From assembly GCA_036172245.1 (NCBI GenBank), contig JAYWIR010000024.1, forward strand, positions 2,604,001-2,668,000: DNA of 64,000 nucleotides, in the 5' to 3' direction. The position numbers and the translations under genes were made by a program. The notes beneath the pieces were generated by a model, which had not been told where the DNA came from, ran no database searches, and worked only from the letters and a program-made list of their open reading frames with translations. Numbering within the stretch: position 1 is the first letter of the stretch; every line of letters begins with the position of its first letter. The stretch is from Raillietiella orientalis (taxonomy: Eukaryota). Below, piece by piece: positions 62,227 to 64,000 of this stretch.

Positions 62227-63520
62227 ACTGAATACGTTGTGGGGGAAAAAAAAAAAAAAAGCAGCTCCAACCAAAAGTCTGTGTTTCTGGGGGGTTTCGG
62301 GCATGATGTTCAAATTCGATCTTCTACCTGGAAAAAGCCTGTGAAGTTTACATCCCTCTGATCGAGGATTTCTGGTCGAAATCCCTGATACACAATGAAG
62401 CTGGGAAGCCTTCCTAAGGAACTGAGCTAAAATGGAAACATGGTTTGTAAACGCAAAGTGACGCCTTTGAGCAGTTGGCCATCCAAGCATCCATTTTTTT
62501 TTACTTGTTTTCCTTCTGAACCAAGAAAACTCTTGTGTCCTCAAAGTCCTGTTGCTATTTACATAACAAATCCAGGGAAAAATTGTGTTTGATGCTTCCA
62601 AAATCACATCCGTCAAAATCGATCCACACAAAACATCTTAATCCATCAGTGTCTTTCTGAAGTCACACTTGGATGAACCGATAGAACACATCCAACGCGT
62701 TCTTTTTTTTCTTCTTCCTCTTAACCTTGATCTGGAATCATGCTGCTGGAATTCCAAAAATTTCCGGGCTCGGAGAATGAGTTGTTCGGAGTGGAGAACT
62801 TCCTCGCAGAGCTCGAAGCAGCCTCACCTGCTGCTCCGTGAATCTGCACGCATTTTCCAATCCTGGTCCTGATCTTGTTGTGAAGGAAATTGGCATGCGG
62901 AAATGAATGCGTGTGCCGAACGGTCTCCTGTGTGCACCGACTCGAAGGTTAGTCGAGGTGAAATAGTTTGCATTTAGAATCATTGATGGGTGAGTGGTTC
63001 AAGGAAAAAAAGCACAATGTGCCTTGCCCCAGTCTCTTTCAGGATCTGAAATGTCCTTGGATCTGCGCTGAACGCACGTTTCCAGCTTCATGCGTTTCCA
63101 CTGCGCTCCAAGAAGTCCGACTTCAAGCAGGCACATGGGGACATACAAGAAAAGTTCCTGCCATGGACCCCGCGTTCACCTTGGAAGTGCTTTTCTCGGC
63201 TAACAGTTCTCAATAAGGATGGAAAAAGAACAACTTCTGCAAGATTCTTTAAGCTTCTTGAAGGACGAGATTCAATATCTGACTCCGGTCCACAGTTTTT
63301 CCAAGGGGTAAAGGAAACCTGAAACAGTTTCAATGCAGTTTAGAATTAAAAAAAAAAAAAGATGAGAAGGTTTCAGAGTGAGAGATTGCTCTTTTCTCGA
63401 AGGAACAGCACAGTTTTCCTTTAAGGGTAAGAAACTTGCGTTTTTTGATGATGCAATCATCAAATCTCGATCTTCTTGTAACCACCTTGAAAATTTTGGA
63501 TCCCAACAAGAATTGCGACT

Positions 63521-64000
63521 CGCACTGGAGGCCATGTGGATGCGACCTCCACGCGTGATACTAGTGTTGCGGGTTCGAACCCCACCCGTGGAAAGAACGA
63601 CTCCGAGGAACGGGCGAGTCGTAAGTTTGCGAGTTTATCCCCGCAGGATCATGCTGGTTGGCCTATTCGGATGCTACACTGTTGGAAACTGGCCGGGATT
63701 GGAAGTTGACCCTCCCGGGTCCTTCCAGGAATCAACCCTCTATCGAGCACCATGGGGTTGGCTGGTTGATCCCTCTCCAGAGTGTCAGGAAACTCCCCAC
63801 ACCTTTCGAAGTTTTCTCCAAAGGGGTAAAGAAAGAGAGGATCTTTTCCGGGTTCCCTTCTGGAGAGAAATGAAAAGTGGTGGTTCCCCCTCCGGGGGAG
63901 GTCCCTCCGGAGAGAATAACGAAGAGATTCCCTCCCAAGCGCTAACAAGAACAGACTCCTTCCTCCGGCAGCCTTCCTGGATTCATAGTGTGGTCCCCTC
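63521..64000 (+). mobile_element. tRNA-headed SINE copy 5 (runs off the window)
   Basis: ggccatgtgg ... gggttcgaaccc (63571-63582); shared body and ccttcctggattcatag motif. Confidence 0.75.

Noticed and set aside
63521..63600. Functional tRNA gene
   Set aside because: No complete cloverleaf; it is the head of a multi-copy SINE.
1..64000. CRISPR arrays, operons, rRNA or other prokaryotic systems
   Set aside because: No regularly spaced repeats, dense ORF clusters or rRNA-like sequence; the spliced gene and TE content show eukaryotic nuclear DNA.

Overview
Eukaryotic (invertebrate animal, probably arthropod) nuclear DNA, not prokaryotic. One intact gene is evident: a 6-coding-exon Rab geranylgeranyltransferase beta subunit (RABGGTB, minus strand, 49615-51766, 330 aa) inside an AT-rich, CpG-poor island. 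A second island of the same character (about 27.2-31.1 kb) has minus-strand splice signals but no ORF I can identify. The rest is mostly decayed transposable elements and gene relics. (1) Four 5'-truncated copies of an L1/Tx1-like non-LTR retrotransposon have target-site duplications and no poly(A); three end exactly in TGATAA and one in TGTCAA. Their 3' UTRs share a covarying CU(G/A)CGN hexaloop hairpin. (2) Five copies of a long (about 780 bp) tRNA-headed SINE are present, two of them split by antisense insertions of that retrotransposon. (3) A 1023-bp internally deleted piggyBac carries an 81-bp insert that translates like Wolbachia SucA (recalled match, needs BLAST). (4) There is a perfect 205-bp inverted repeat, orphan exon relics (CUB domain, coiled-coil, EGF-like) and remnants of RLE-type, hAT, RTE and possibly Penelope elements. 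Most ORFs in the supplied track are spurious. All family assignments come from motif recognition by eye; no searches were run.
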